Part shown: one piece after another, positions 27,883-37,808 of the stretch
Position numbering within the stretch: position 1 is the stretch's first letter
Layout of the letters: each line of letters begins with the position of its first letter
From: an uncultured Candidatus Binatia bacterium
GTDB lineage: Bacteria > Desulfobacterota > Binatia > UBA9968 > JAJDTQ01
DNA length: 64,000 bases
Assembly: GCA_965242525.1 (NCBI GenBank)
Contig: OZ251459.1
Span: 4,085,063 to 4,149,062 of the forward strand
Direction: 5' to 3'
The notes under the pieces: model-generated
Database searches by the model: none
What the model was told of the DNA's origin: nothing
Seen by the model: the letters and a program-made list of their open reading frames with translations, nothing else
Position numbers and translations under genes: made by a program

Positions 27883-28872
27883 TCAGTCGTAGCCCATGAG
27901 CTTTCTCGCCTTGGCGTGGTCGTCGGCGCTCATCACGGTCTTGAAATGGGCCCACAGGGCGTCGTTGGAGGTCTTGGCCCAGTTCCTGGCCTCGGCGTCC
28001 GAGAACTTGATGACCTTCATGCCGGCCTTCTTCATGGTGGCCAACTGGAAGCCCTGGTGCGCGGACATCCACCCGCGGGACCATTGCTGGATCACCGCCA
28101 CCGAGTCCATCATGACCTGCTGCACGTCCTCGGGCAGGCTGTCCCATTTCTTCTTGTTCACGGCCATGCCGATGCCGTCCCGGTACAGCGGGTGGGCGAT
28201 GAGGTACTTGGACACCTTGTGCCAGCCGAAGTTGGTGAAGCCGTCGTAGTAGGGCCAGGTGAAGCCCTCCACCGTGCCCCGCTCCAGGGCCAGGTAGATC
28301 TCCGAGGGAGGCAGGGTCACCGGCTCCGCTCCCACCGCCTTGACGAAGAAGCGCGTGAGCGGCGGCACCCGCACCTTCATGCCCTTCAAGTCCGCGGGGC
28401 TGGAAACCTCCTTCTGCGTGGACATGAAATGGTTTCCGGTCTCCCGGTCCCCCGAGAAGGTGCCCAGGAACTGGATGCCCCGCTTGGCGAACATGTCGAC
28501 CATGAAATCGTGAAGCTCACTGCCCGGCCCGCCGTCGGCAGGATCCAGGGGCGACAGCTCGGTCACGTACCCCGCCTTGACCACGCCCGCCCAATAGTTC
28601 AGGGCGCCGTACCAGACGTCGAAGACGCCTCTCACCAGGGCTTCGGGCTGGTCGAAGGTGGGCACGACTTCCCGCGACCCCCTGAAGTTGATGACCACCT
28701 TGCCGTTGGCCCGCCGGTTCACCTCTTCCATGTAGCGGACGCCGATGTCCGCCGCGGAGGAGACTCCCGGAGGCCAGGACCCCACCATGTTCAGCTTGAC
28801 CTGGGCCAACGCGGTCCCGCACCAAGCCAGCAACGCCGCCGCGAATACACTGACGAACAGGTTCCGTTTCAT
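27883..28872 (-). CDS. dctP: TRAP transporter substrate-binding protein
   Basis: Signal peptide, 'DLKGMKVRV', 'SEIYLALERGTVEG', 'WDSLPEDVQ'. Confidence 0.92.
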   Translation of the reverse strand: MKRNLFVSVFAAALLAWCGTALAQVKLNMVGSWPPGVSSAADIGVRYMEEVNRRANGKVVINFRGSREVVPTFDQPEALVRGVFDVWYGALNYWAGVVKAGYVTELSPLDPADGGPGSELHDFMVDMFAKRGIQFLGTFSGDRETGNHFMSTQKEVSSPADLKGMKVRVPPLTRFFVKAVGAEPVTLPPSEIYLALERGTVEGFTWPYYDGFTNFGWHKVSKYLIAHPLYRDGIGMAVNKKKWDSLPEDVQQVMMDSVAVIQQWSRGWMSAHQGFQLATMKKAGMKVIKFSDAEARNWAKTSNDALWAHFKTVMSADDHAKARKLMGYD

Positions 28873-29030
28873 CTTTCGCTCCTCCCTTCAGGGCGCCTTG
28901 CAGGGGCGCCGTAACCGACAGATCGACGATCCCCGGGGAACTCCGCCCGCTCCCCGGAGGACCGAACCGATTACACCTTTTTGTCGGGGGGCTGTCAACA
29001 TCTTCCCGTTTTCCGCGACCGGCAGGGGGT

Positions 29031-29642
29031 TCACGACCGGAACATGGCGGGCACGTACCGGGGCGCGCCCAGGGCGTCCATGAACCGCTGCTTGATGACG
29101 GGCGGGTTCAACGGAAAGGCGGGCGTCGCCGGAGCCACGTCGGGCGCGGTGGCCAGCACCAGGACGCAGGGGCCGCCCCGCTCTTCCAGGGCGGGCGGCA
29201 GCAGCGCCCGGAAGGCTTCCACGGAACCCACGCGCTCGGTCCTCTCGACGCCGGCCGAGCGCGCCAGGTCGGCAAAGTCCAGGTCCGTGCTCGTCAACGG
29301 CTGCCCCCCGGAGGCCGCGTGCACGTTGTTGTGCACCAGCAGGACCGTGAGGTTCCGGGGCGCCACCGACCCCACCGTCACCAAGGCTCCCAGGTGCATC
29401 AGCAGCCCGCCGTCGCCCTCCACCACTACCACGCGCTCGTGCGGCCGGGACACCGCCAGACCCAGGGCCAAGGGAAGCGCCAGTCCCATGGCGTCTTCCA
29501 GGTAGAAGTTCTCCGGACGGTCGCAGACGTTGGACCAGACGTAGGAGGCGTTGCCCAGGGAGGTCACCACCAGGGTCTCGGCCGAAATGCATTCGGCGAG
29601 GACACGGTAATAGGCTTCCCGCGCGGGTCTCGCTTCACTCAC
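29031..29642 (-). CDS. ThDP-dependent decarboxylase beta subunit (ComE-like)
   Basis: ThDP motif 'EGDGGLLM...HNN', 'SGGQP'; GTG start overlaps the alpha-subunit stop. Confidence 0.82.
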   Translation of the reverse strand: MSEARPAREAYYRVLAECISAETLVVTSLGNASYVWSNVCDRPENFYLEDAMGLALPLALGLAVSRPHERVVVVEGDGGLLMHLGALVTVGSVAPRNLTVLLVHNNVHAASGGQPLTSTDLDFADLARSAGVERTERVGSVEAFRALLPPALEERGGPCVLVLATAPDVAPATPAFPLNPPVIKQRFMDALGAPRYVPAMFRS

Positions 29643-30150
29643 AGCGGATGTCCTCGCCGTCCAGCAGCAGCACGAAGGGCGCGGAGCCTTCCTCGGCGTA
29701 GGCCGCGGCCCGTTCGACCTGGACGCCGATGGGCGTCTCCGGGTCGGCAACCGCGTAGGAAATCCCGTAGGCCCGGAGGACCGGCTCGGTGGCCCGCCCC
29801 TTGGGGATGTGGTAGAAGACCGGGTCCCGGGCAGACCCGCGGTAGGAGGCCAGGATGAGCACGGGGAACTGGTAGCGCTGGGCCAGGCACACCATGCCCG
29901 CGCCCATGGTCAGCATCCCCACGTTCTGGATCAGCAGGACCGTGCGCGCGCCCCCGAGCCGCGCGCCGCAGGAAACGGCGAGGGCCTCTTCCTCATGGGT
30001 GGCCCGGATGAGCGTCATGTGGGGGTCCTGCTCGACCTTCTCCATGATCCCTCCGAGCCAGCTATCGGGAACGGAGACGGCGACCGTCACCCCGGCCCGC
30101 TTCAGGGCCGCGAACAGTTCGATCGGGCGATGAGGGTCTTTTTCGCTCAT
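29635..30150 (-). CDS. ThDP-dependent decarboxylase alpha subunit (ComD-like)
   Basis: 'SVPDSWL', 'THEEEALAVSCGARLGG', 'LIQNVG', 'ILASYRG'. Confidence 0.82.
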   Translation of the reverse strand: MSEKDPHRPIELFAALKRAGVTVAVSVPDSWLGGIMEKVEQDPHMTLIRATHEEEALAVSCGARLGGARTVLLIQNVGMLTMGAGMVCLAQRYQFPVLILASYRGSARDPVFYHIPKGRATEPVLRAYGISYAVADPETPIGVQVERAAAYAEEGSAPFVLLLDGEDIRCE

Positions 30151-30290
30151 GGAATCGGTTTCGCAGCAAGGGTTTCCCGCGCGGGACCGCCGCCGGTTTT
30201 GCCGTGTCCCTTCGGGCAGCCCCCGAAGCATAGCCCACGCGGTTGCGGATGACAACGAAGGGCGGCGCCGGAAGCCGCGGAGGTGAAGCC

Positions 30291-31172
30291 ATGCGGGTCT
30301 TCGCCCTGTCGGACGTGCACGTGGACTACCCGGAGAACATGGAGCGCATGCGGCGTCTTTCCGGCAGTCGATACCTGCGCGACACGCTGCTGCTGGCCGG
30401 GGACGTGAGCCACGACCTCGCAAAGCTCGCGGACGTCCTCCGCTGTCTCCGCGGGAAGTTCGCCCACGTCTTCTTCGTGCCCGGGAACCACGACCTGTGG
30501 ATCGGGCGCGGCGAGGCCGGCGATTCCACCGCCAAGTTCCGCAAGGTCCTGCGGTTGTGCGCCGAGCTCGCCGTCGCCACGAGCCCGGCCAAGGTGGCCT
30601 CCGGTCCCGACGACCCCGGCGCCTGGGTGGTGCCGCTGTTCTCGTGGTACGTCAAGCCGGAACAGGGCGCCGCCAGCCTGTTCGTCCCCAGGGAGGACGA
30701 CGACGCGAGCCTCTCCCTGTGGGCCGACGAGGTGCGCACCCGGTGGCCGGAACGCCTGTCCGTGGCGGACTATTTCCTGGACATGAACGAGCCCCACCGC
30801 AACCGGCGCTACGACGCCCCGGTCCTGTCGTTCAGCCACTTCCTGCCCAGGAGGGAGTTGATGTTCCGGCCGTCGTCCGCGGCCCTGCCCGCCCGCGCCG
30901 GGCGCTTCCGGCGGTTCAACTTCAGCAGGGTCGCGGGCGCCGCGCGGCTCGACGTCCAGATCCGCGCGCTGGGCTCCGTCCTCCACGTCTATGGCCATCA
31001 ACACCGAAACCGCGACCGGGTCATCGACGGCCTGCGTTACGTCTCCAACTGCCTGGGCTACCCGCGCGAACGCGCCCGCAGCGGCTTCACCGGCGCCCCC
31101 CGAAACCCCAGGCTCGTCTGGGACACCGGGTGGAAGCCGCGCGTACGGGCGTTGGTGCATAGGAAACCCTGA
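30291..31172 (+). CDS. Calcineurin-like metallophosphoesterase
   Basis: 'LSDVHVD', 'LAGD', 'PGNHDLW', 'SHFLP', 'YGHQH'. Confidence 0.9.
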   Translation: MRVFALSDVHVDYPENMERMRRLSGSRYLRDTLLLAGDVSHDLAKLADVLRCLRGKFAHVFFVPGNHDLWIGRGEAGDSTAKFRKVLRLCAELAVATSPAKVASGPDDPGAWVVPLFSWYVKPEQGAASLFVPREDDDASLSLWADEVRTRWPERLSVADYFLDMNEPHRNRRYDAPVLSFSHFLPRRELMFRPSSAALPARAGRFRRFNFSRVAGAARLDVQIRALGSVLHVYGHQHRNRDRVIDGLRYVSNCLGYPRERARSGFTGAPRNPRLVWDTGWKPRVRALVHRKP

Positions 31173-31262
31173 ACAATTCCGGCTCGATCCCTGTGGGAAA
31201 GCGCGTCCTTCGACTTCGCTTCGCTACGCTCAGGACGAACGGGGTACTCGTTCAGGGTTTCC
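31162..31262. mobile_element. 101-bp MITE-like element: perfect 13-bp TIRs enclosing repeat family A copy 5 (31200-31242, inverted)
   Basis: GGAAACCCTGAAC (31162-31174) ... GTTCAGGGTTTCC (31250-31262); the left TIR supplies the TGA stop of the phosphoesterase. Confidence 0.7.
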
Positions 31263-31377
31263 CCATGGGGAGTGACGCAGTGGCGCCGCATCCCCACGCG
31301 GGAGCCGCGCGTCCGGGCGTCGGTGGCCGGGAGGAACGGGGCGTGAACGTGGAACACCACCGGCCGGCGGAAGGCCG

Positions 31378-31507
31378 CCCCGTTCCGGGGATCGTGGAGT
31401 AGCCTCTGGACAACGTTCCCCGTTCCATGGAGTAGCCCGAGTCCGGCGGAGTGGTCTGGTTGGAAGATTCCAATGACCCCCGTTCCATGGAGTAGCCTCT
31501 GGACAAC
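31378..31507. repeat. Short dispersed direct repeats
   Basis: TGGAGTAGCC at 31395, 31428 and 31488; CCCCGTTCCATGGAGTAGCC at 31418 and 31478; TGGAGTAGCCTCTGGACAAC at 31395 and 31488. Confidence 0.75.
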
Positions 31508-31513
31508 ACCCCC

Positions 31514-31555
31514 CCGTTCGTCCTGAGCGTAGCGAAGCGAAGTCGAAGGACGCGC
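31514..31555 (+). repeat. Palindromic repeat family A, copy 6
   Basis: Matches the consensus; inverted relative to copy 5. Confidence 0.9.
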
Positions 31556-31596
31556 GGCATTACGTGGTTTTGCCGTCGGCCGGGAAGGAGCATGAC

Positions 31597-31926
31597 ATGC
31601 AGTTCGTTCGCCTGTTCACCGGAGACGACGGCCGGTCCCACTTTGAGGACCTGGACACCGGCGCCCAAGGCGGGTACTTCTTCGAGACCCTGCCGGCAAC
31701 GGGGCTGGTCCTCAAGAACGATCCGGCCACCCATCTGGGCGACTTTCACAACGCCCCGCGCCGGCAGTACTGCATCACCCTGTCGGGCTCCGCGGAGGTC
31801 CGGGTGGGCGGCGGCGCGTCGCGGACGTTCGTTGCCGGCGACGTCTTCCTCGCCGAGGACGTCACCGGAGAGGGCCACGCCCTGGTCCCGGACAACTGGG
31901 TCAGGGCGTTCATCCACCTGGACTAG
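31597..31926 (+). CDS. Cupin-like protein
   Basis: 'RLFTGDDGRSHFED', 'HNAPRRQYCITLSG', 'GDVFLAEDVTGEGH'. Confidence 0.8.
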   Translation: MQFVRLFTGDDGRSHFEDLDTGAQGGYFFETLPATGLVLKNDPATHLGDFHNAPRRQYCITLSGSAEVRVGGGASRTFVAGDVFLAEDVTGEGHALVPDNWVRAFIHLD

Positions 31927-32030
31927 CCGCCTGCCTCCCGCTCCCTCCGCTTGCATCTCGAATCCCGCAGGGTCAATATCCACGTGGAAGATCCACGAGT
32001 GCGAAGCCGCGAACACGAAGGAGACGAGAC

Positions 32031-32549
32031 ATGGGTACAACGGAACGAAGCGAGACGCCGATCAAGGTCAGGAAGATCGGGCACGTGGTGTTCAACGTCA
32101 GCGACGTGGAGCGCAGCACCCGGTTCTGGACGGAGATCATGGGGTTCAAGGTGTCCGACGTGAACGAGCGGGGCATGGTGTTCCTGCGGAACGCCTCGGA
32201 CCACCATTCCATTGCGCTCTTTCCGTCGAAGGAGGACAAGGGCCGGCCCGAGCCGGACCAGGTGGCGTTCAACCATTGCGCCCTGGAGGTGGGAAGCGTC
32301 TCCGAGTTGTTCGCGATCCGCGACTTCCTGAAGGCCAGGGGAGTCCCGATCCTGTACGAGGGCCGCAGGGGGCCGGGCTGCAACCCCGGGGTGGAGTTCA
32401 CCGATCCCGACGGTTTCCAGATCGAGGTGTATGCGTCCATGGACCAGATCGGTTGGGAGGGCGCGAGCCGGCCCGCGGAGCAGTGGTCCCGGGCCGCCTC
32501 CCTCGAGGAAGTGCTGGAGAAGCCCATACCCGGTGTCGCCTACGACTGA
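32031..32549 (+). CDS. VOC/glyoxalase family protein
   Basis: 'IGHVVFNVSDVERSTRFWTEIMGF', 'DHHSIAL', 'FTDPDGFQIEV'. Confidence 0.9.
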   Translation: MGTTERSETPIKVRKIGHVVFNVSDVERSTRFWTEIMGFKVSDVNERGMVFLRNASDHHSIALFPSKEDKGRPEPDQVAFNHCALEVGSVSELFAIRDFLKARGVPILYEGRRGPGCNPGVEFTDPDGFQIEVYASMDQIGWEGASRPAEQWSRAASLEEVLEKPIPGVAYD

Positions 32550-32662
32550 TCCATCCCCGAGCGAGGTTTCTTTCGGCGCGCGCTCCCGGCCCCGGGCGGT
32601 GCGGAGCCGCGCACGTGGGCTCCCGCGCCTTGGTCCCCGCCCGCGGAGCGGTTGAGGACGCC

Positions 32663-33973
32663 ATGGCGGTGGACGTGATCATGCCGGCCATGGGGGCCAC
32701 CCAGGAAACCGGCCGTCTGGTGCGCTGGCTCAAGCAGGAGGGGGAGCCCGTGGTCGAGGGCGAGGCGCTGATGGAGGTGGAGACCGACAAGTCCGTGGTG
32801 GAGGTGGAGGCGCCGGCCTCCGGCGTCCTTGCCCGCGTCGCCGCATCCCCGGGCGACGACGTCCCGGTGGGACGCACCATCGCGCTCATCCTCCGGCCGG
32901 ACGAGGCCCCGTCCCCATCGGGCGAAGCGCCCCGCGGTCGCCGTGGCGTTGCGTCGGCCCGTCGGGACGCACAGCCGGAACAACTCCTCGAGATGCTTGG
33001 GCGTGGCCCCGCGTCGGCGCGTCGGGACTCCTCCCCGGGCGGGGAAACGCCTGCGCGGCCTCCGCGGCCGCGCGCGGCGTCGGACCGGAAGGCGAAGAAG
33101 CCCGCATCCCGCGCAGCCGCGGCGTCCGCGTCCGCTCCCCGCGGCGCCACGGGCCGGAAGCCGGCTTCTCCCGCGGCCCGGCGGCTGGCCGTGGAGAAGG
33201 GCGTGGACCTCGCCCGGGTGACGGGCGCCGGACCGGAAGGCGCGGTGCTGGCTCGGGACGTGCTGTCCGCGGCCTCGGGCGCCTCCACGGCCGTCGCCTC
33301 CGACCCCGCGGTCGGGTACGTCCCGCTCCACCGCATGCGGCGCGTCATCGGCGAGCGCATGGCGTGGAGCAAGCAGACGGCGCCGCACTTCTACCTCAAC
33401 ATGGACGTGGACATGACCGCCGTCGAGGTCCGGCGCAGCGCGTTGCAGCAGCAGGGGGTTCGGCCGGCGCCGTCCATCAACGACTTCGTTCTCGGAGCGG
33501 TGAGCCGGGCGCTGTCGGAGTCCCCCGCCATGAACGCGGTATGGACGGACCGCGGGGTCGAGCGGTTCGCGGAGGTGGACCTCGGGGTCGCGGTGGCGCT
33601 GGAGGACGGCCTGGTCGCGCCGGTGATCCGGAACGCCGACAGGCTCGGCCTCCACGAACTGGCCCGGCGCAGCCGTGAGCTCGCAAACCGGGCCCGGAGC
33701 GGGAAGCTCGCTCCCGCGGACTGCGAAGGCGGCGCCTTCACCGTGTCCAACCTCGGTATGTTCGGCGTGGACAGCTTCGCCGCCATCATCAACCCGCCGC
33801 AAAGCGGCATCCTGGCCGTGGGCCGGGTGGCCCCCCGAGTGGTTCCCCGCGGCGAAGACATCGCCGTCCGCCCCATGATGACCATGACCCTATCCGCGGA
33901 CCACCGCGTGGTGGACGGCGCCATCGGCGCCCGCTTCCTCCAGCGAGTCAAGCAGCGCCTGGAGGAGCCGTGA
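32663..33973 (+). CDS. Dihydrolipoamide acyltransferase (E2)
   Basis: Lipoyl 'EVETDKSVVEV', E3-binding 'ASPAARRLA', catalytic 'SNLGMFG...IINPP...DHRVVDGA'. Confidence 0.92.
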   Translation: MAVDVIMPAMGATQETGRLVRWLKQEGEPVVEGEALMEVETDKSVVEVEAPASGVLARVAASPGDDVPVGRTIALILRPDEAPSPSGEAPRGRRGVASARRDAQPEQLLEMLGRGPASARRDSSPGGETPARPPRPRAASDRKAKKPASRAAAASASAPRGATGRKPASPAARRLAVEKGVDLARVTGAGPEGAVLARDVLSAASGASTAVASDPAVGYVPLHRMRRVIGERMAWSKQTAPHFYLNMDVDMTAVEVRRSALQQQGVRPAPSINDFVLGAVSRALSESPAMNAVWTDRGVERFAEVDLGVAVALEDGLVAPVIRNADRLGLHELARRSRELANRARSGKLAPADCEGGAFTVSNLGMFGVDSFAAIINPPQSGILAVGRVAPRVVPRGEDIAVRPMMTMTLSADHRVVDGAIGARFLQRVKQRLEEP

Positions 33974-34082
33974 CCGTCACGCCCGCCATCGCTGTCTCGA
34001 TGGCAGGTTCCGAGTCCCACCGCTTCTCCCGGGATTGCCGAAGTGGTTTACGGCAGGGTCCACCAGCGCAGAGGCGGGTGCG

Positions 34083-34733
34083 ATGACGGAACTGACGACA
34101 GAGTCGCTCAAGGCTGAGGCCAGGGCGTTCGCCCGTAGAGAGTCCCGTCACAGAGAGCCGTCTCTGTATGGAGTGACGGACGGCAAAGCTGTCGGGACGT
34201 ACTTCGAGCACAAGTTCCGCGACTACCTGAGCCGCAAGTATGACTTCGCCGAAGGCTCGTCAGCCAAGGGCATCGACTTTCCTGCACTCAACGTGGACAT
34301 GAAGGTCACCAGCGCCAAACAGCCCCAGTCGTCGTGTCCGTACAAGTCGGCGCGACAGAAGATCTACGGGCTTGGCTACTCTCTCCTGGTGTTCGTTTAC
34401 GAGAAACACGAGGACGACGAGTCCCGGACGGGTCGGCTGGAAATCGTGCATGTGGTGTTCGTCGAGGCAAGCCGCACGGCCGACTTCCAGACCACGACGG
34501 GCATCGTGGACATCTTGTCGAAGCAGGGCAACAAGGACGACCTCGTTGCTTTCATGACGGATCGAATGCTCCCCGTGGACGACATCGGAGCGTCCAACCT
34601 TGCCGACGAGTTGCTGTCCAACCCGCCTGATATCGGCTACCTGACGATTTCCAACGCGCTGCAGTGGCGGCTGCAATACAGCCGTATCATCGAACGGGCG
34701 GACAGCGTATCCGGGGTCTTGCGTTTGCGATGA
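34083..34733 (+). CDS. Putative restriction endonuclease (PD-(D/E)XK-like)
   Basis: 'GVTDGKAVGTYFEHKF...GIDFP...VDMKVTS..QPQSSCP'; coupled to a methyltransferase. Confidence 0.8.
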   Translation: MTELTTESLKAEARAFARRESRHREPSLYGVTDGKAVGTYFEHKFRDYLSRKYDFAEGSSAKGIDFPALNVDMKVTSAKQPQSSCPYKSARQKIYGLGYSLLVFVYEKHEDDESRTGRLEIVHVVFVEASRTADFQTTTGIVDILSKQGNKDDLVAFMTDRMLPVDDIGASNLADELLSNPPDIGYLTISNALQWRLQYSRIIERADSVSGVLRLR

Positions 34734-36244
34734 CGACCAGGAATACGAAACGCAGGATCGAGTTCGGCGATTTCCAGACGCCGGCCCACCTTGCCCACGC
34801 GGTCTGTCGAGTCGTTGCCCGCCGCGGCCTTTCCCCGGCAGCGGTGATCGAACCCACTTGCGGTCGAGGCAGTTTTCTGGCAGCGGCGATCAACGCCTTT
34901 CCGAAAGCGGCCATACGCGGCTACGAATGCGACTCCGCTCACGTCGAAGCTGCTCGGCAGCTTACTTCGGCGCATTGGCAGGCGGACGTAGCGCACGGCG
35001 ACTTTTTCCAACGCAACTGGGATGCGGAACTGGCGGCACAGCCGGAACCCGTGCTGATACTCGGCAATCCGCCCTGGGTGACCAATGCGGCGGTCGGCTC
35101 CCTGGGGGGCGCGAACCTGCCCGCCAAATCCAACCTGGACGGTTTGCGCGGCATCGACGCGCTCACGGGAAGCGCCAACTTCGACATCTCCGAGTGGATG
35201 ATCCGGGAGAACATGCGTTGGCTGCGGCGCCGGACCGGAGCCATTGCCGTGCTGTGCAAGACCAGCGTGGCGCGGAAGGTGCTCGTACACGCCTGGTCCT
35301 CGAACCTGCCCATTGCGGGCGCTGCCATCTACGGCATCGACGCGCAACGGGATTTCGGCGTATCCGCGGACGCCTGCTTGCTCTACGCGAGCTTCGCGGG
35401 CGGCGCCCGGTCTTGCCGATGCGATGTTTACGACTCGCTGGACGCCGCTGCGCCGGTTTCGGTATTGGGCATGAACGATGGCGTGTTGGCGTCCGATTCG
35501 ACCGCTTACGAACGCCTTGCCAGTCTCCACTCGGCGGATTCCAGCGGCTGGCGTTCGGGTCTCAAGCACGATTGCCGACCGGTGTTCGAGTTCTCCCTGA
35601 CGGCCGGCGAACTGACGAACGGTCTCGGAGAGAAGCCCGGCATCGAGCCGGAGACCCTGTTCCCCCTCCTGAAGAGTTCGGATGTCGCCAAGCGCCGTGC
35701 GGCCCGGAGGTTCGTCCTGGTGCCGCACCGAACGATGGCGGAGTCGCCGCTTCGGCTGCGGCAGTCCGCTCCGAACGCTTGGCGCTACCTCGTCTCCCAC
35801 CGTGAAGCCATCGAGCGGCGGGCCAGTTCGATCTATCGGAAGCGGCCGACGTTCTCGATCTTCGGCGTGGGTCCGTACTCGTTCGCGCCGTGGAAGGTGG
35901 CCATCGCCGGCCTCTACAAGGAATTCCGCTTCGCCAAGGTCGGCCCGATGGAAGGTCGGCCGGTACTGCTGGACGACACTTGCTATTTCTACCCCTGCGA
36001 GTCGGAAGCGGAGTGCGACTTGCTGCACCGCATGGTCTCGTCCCCGCCCGCCATCGAGTTCTGGTCCTCGATGGTCTTCTGGGACGCCAAGCGCCCGGTC
36101 ACCGCCAAGCTCCTCAATCGGCTCGACCTGGGCCGCTTGGCGGAAATGCTCGGTTTCGAGGATGATCCGATAGCGGCACGATGGGTGGAACCACAGACTG
36201 CGGGGAAAGACTCGGGAAGTCTTCCGCTATGGCCTGCCGGGTAG
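34730..36244 (+). CDS. Amino (N6A/N4C) DNA methyltransferase
   Basis: 'EFGDFQTP', SAM motif 'IEPTCGRGSF', catalytic 'GNPPW'; ATGA overlap with the REase gene. Confidence 0.88.
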   Translation: MTTRNTKRRIEFGDFQTPAHLAHAVCRVVARRGLSPAAVIEPTCGRGSFLAAAINAFPKAAIRGYECDSAHVEAARQLTSAHWQADVAHGDFFQRNWDAELAAQPEPVLILGNPPWVTNAAVGSLGGANLPAKSNLDGLRGIDALTGSANFDISEWMIRENMRWLRRRTGAIAVLCKTSVARKVLVHAWSSNLPIAGAAIYGIDAQRDFGVSADACLLYASFAGGARSCRCDVYDSLDAAAPVSVLGMNDGVLASDSTAYERLASLHSADSSGWRSGLKHDCRPVFEFSLTAGELTNGLGEKPGIEPETLFPLLKSSDVAKRRAARRFVLVPHRTMAESPLRLRQSAPNAWRYLVSHREAIERRASSIYRKRPTFSIFGVGPYSFAPWKVAIAGLYKEFRFAKVGPMEGRPVLLDDTCYFYPCESEAECDLLHRMVSSPPAIEFWSSMVFWDAKRPVTAKLLNRLDLGRLAEMLGFEDDPIAARWVEPQTAGKDSGSLPLWPAG

Positions 36245-36387
36245 CGGTTCCCGCGCGCCACGCCGCCGAAAGGTCATTGCCCGCCTGGCCTTCCCCTCAA
36301 CCCCGCCGTAACCCCCTGTGTCCCTCCCCGCAAGAGGGAGGGAACGCCAGGCCGTGAGACCCTGCCCACACAAAAGCCGGAAGATTC

Positions 36388-37491
36388 TCATTTTTCAGAC
36401 CATCCCGGCCAGCTTTCCATGGGGTCGGTGGACCGGACCAGGTTCATGCCGGCGGACGCGGCTTCGTCGAGGGTCTGCTGTGCGGCTTCGGTGAAATCGG
36501 CTGCGATGCCGCCGTTCTCGTCCCGGACCACCACCGAGGACATGCAGTCGGTCAGGACATAGACCTTGTGCGCCAGCGAGGGGTCCTCGCGCCGTATCTC
36601 TTCGAGCAGATCCTGCACGGTGCTCCGGACGCAGTGGCTGGCGGCCTGTCCGGCGACCACCAGCGCGTCCGCTTCCATCAGGGTCCGGTAGAACCCGACG
36701 TTCCTTTCCGCCAGCACGCCGCCGTCCCAGGCGGCCAGGACCTCGGGACGCAGCACCGAGTAGTTCTCGGTCAGGTCGTGGGCGCCCTTGATCTCGGTCC
36801 AGGACTGGGTGACCCGGGCCAGCGAGTGCAGGGTCCGGGCCTCGTCGATGACGCCCGCCACCGTGTGGCCCGGGCTGCCCATGAGGCAGTGCGGAGGCCA
36901 GAGGTAGAGGGTGTAGCGCCCGCCGTCCGCCAGTTCCCGGTTGTAGAAGCGGCACTGCTCCGCCAGCCAGTCGTAGCCCTTGCGGGTGAGCCAGGACGTC
37001 ATGGCGGGGTTGGGCGCCACGTCCTCCGCGACGACGTTCCCCAGCGGGTCGACGTTGACCAGAAGTCGGGCGTCGCGGCCGTCGGCCCTGATGAGGGTGT
37101 GGGGCGCCAGGGGCTCGCCGCGGGAATCCACCCAGAACCAGGGAAAGAAGATCTGGAAGTTGGAATGGCTGTCCAGGGTGCAGCGGATGTGGGTGATGCG
37201 CGCGAGGTTGCGGTAGATGAACTCCGCGATGCGCCGGTTGTCGTCCAACGCGCCCCGGCCGCTGCGGCCGCCCACGTACAGCGTTCCTTCCGGGTGGCAG
37301 AAGTCGCGCTGCACGTCGATGAGCAGCAGATCGACCCTCCTGGCGTCCGCCGCGGCCGGTGCGATTCCGAACTCTCGCCGGAACCGCTTGGCCTCCTCGA
37401 ACACCGCCATTCGGTCCGGCGTGTAGGAGAAGTCGCCGGCATGGCCCGCCCGGTAGAACGCGGGCGTCTCGCTGATCTCGGTGGGTTCCAT
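36388..37491 (-). CDS. Nicotinamidase/isochorismatase-like cysteine hydrolase
   Basis: 'LLLIDVQRDFC', 'TLDSH', 'WPPHC', 'EIKG', 'AGQAASHCV'; extended -10 TGGTACAAT 7 nt before the ATG. Confidence 0.85.
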   Translation of the reverse strand: MEPTEISETPAFYRAGHAGDFSYTPDRMAVFEEAKRFRREFGIAPAAADARRVDLLLIDVQRDFCHPEGTLYVGGRSGRGALDDNRRIAEFIYRNLARITHIRCTLDSHSNFQIFFPWFWVDSRGEPLAPHTLIRADGRDARLLVNVDPLGNVVAEDVAPNPAMTSWLTRKGYDWLAEQCRFYNRELADGGRYTLYLWPPHCLMGSPGHTVAGVIDEARTLHSLARVTQSWTEIKGAHDLTENYSVLRPEVLAAWDGGVLAERNVGFYRTLMEADALVVAGQAASHCVRSTVQDLLEEIRREDPSLAHKVYVLTDCMSSVVVRDENGGIAADFTEAAQQTLDEAASAGMNLVRSTDPMESWPGWSEK

Positions 37492-37599
37492 GGTTCCGAT
37501 TGTACCAGGGGGAAGGGCGCAGACAATAGCGGTTCTTCCGGCTTTCGTGTGGTTTTGTGTGGGTAAGGTAGAGGGAAAGGGATCCCTTGGTCATTGCTC

Positions 37600-37808
37600 C
37601 GCAGACGCCCACCTCCGTCATTCCCGCGAAAGCGGGAATCCATCCAGTTTCATCGCTCTCGTTGTACAAACCCTTCCAGATCAGATTACCTTCCTACAGT
37701 GATGCAGGGCGCCTTGGGATTGGGTCGAAAGGATGGAAACACGGGGAGTTTTCATAAGAATGGATGGATTCCCGCTTTCGCGGGAATGACGGGGGATGGG
37801 CGTCTGCG
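37600..37808. repeat. Inverted pair of ATTCCC-type palindromic repeats (family B)
   Basis: GTCATTCCCGCGAAAGCGGGAATCCA (37617-37642) and its exact reverse complement (37765-37790), extended by flanking inverted homology to about 47 bp. Confidence 0.88.

Noticed and set aside
31378-31507. Degenerate CRISPR array
   Set aside because: Repeat lengths and spacing are irregular and there is no cas context.
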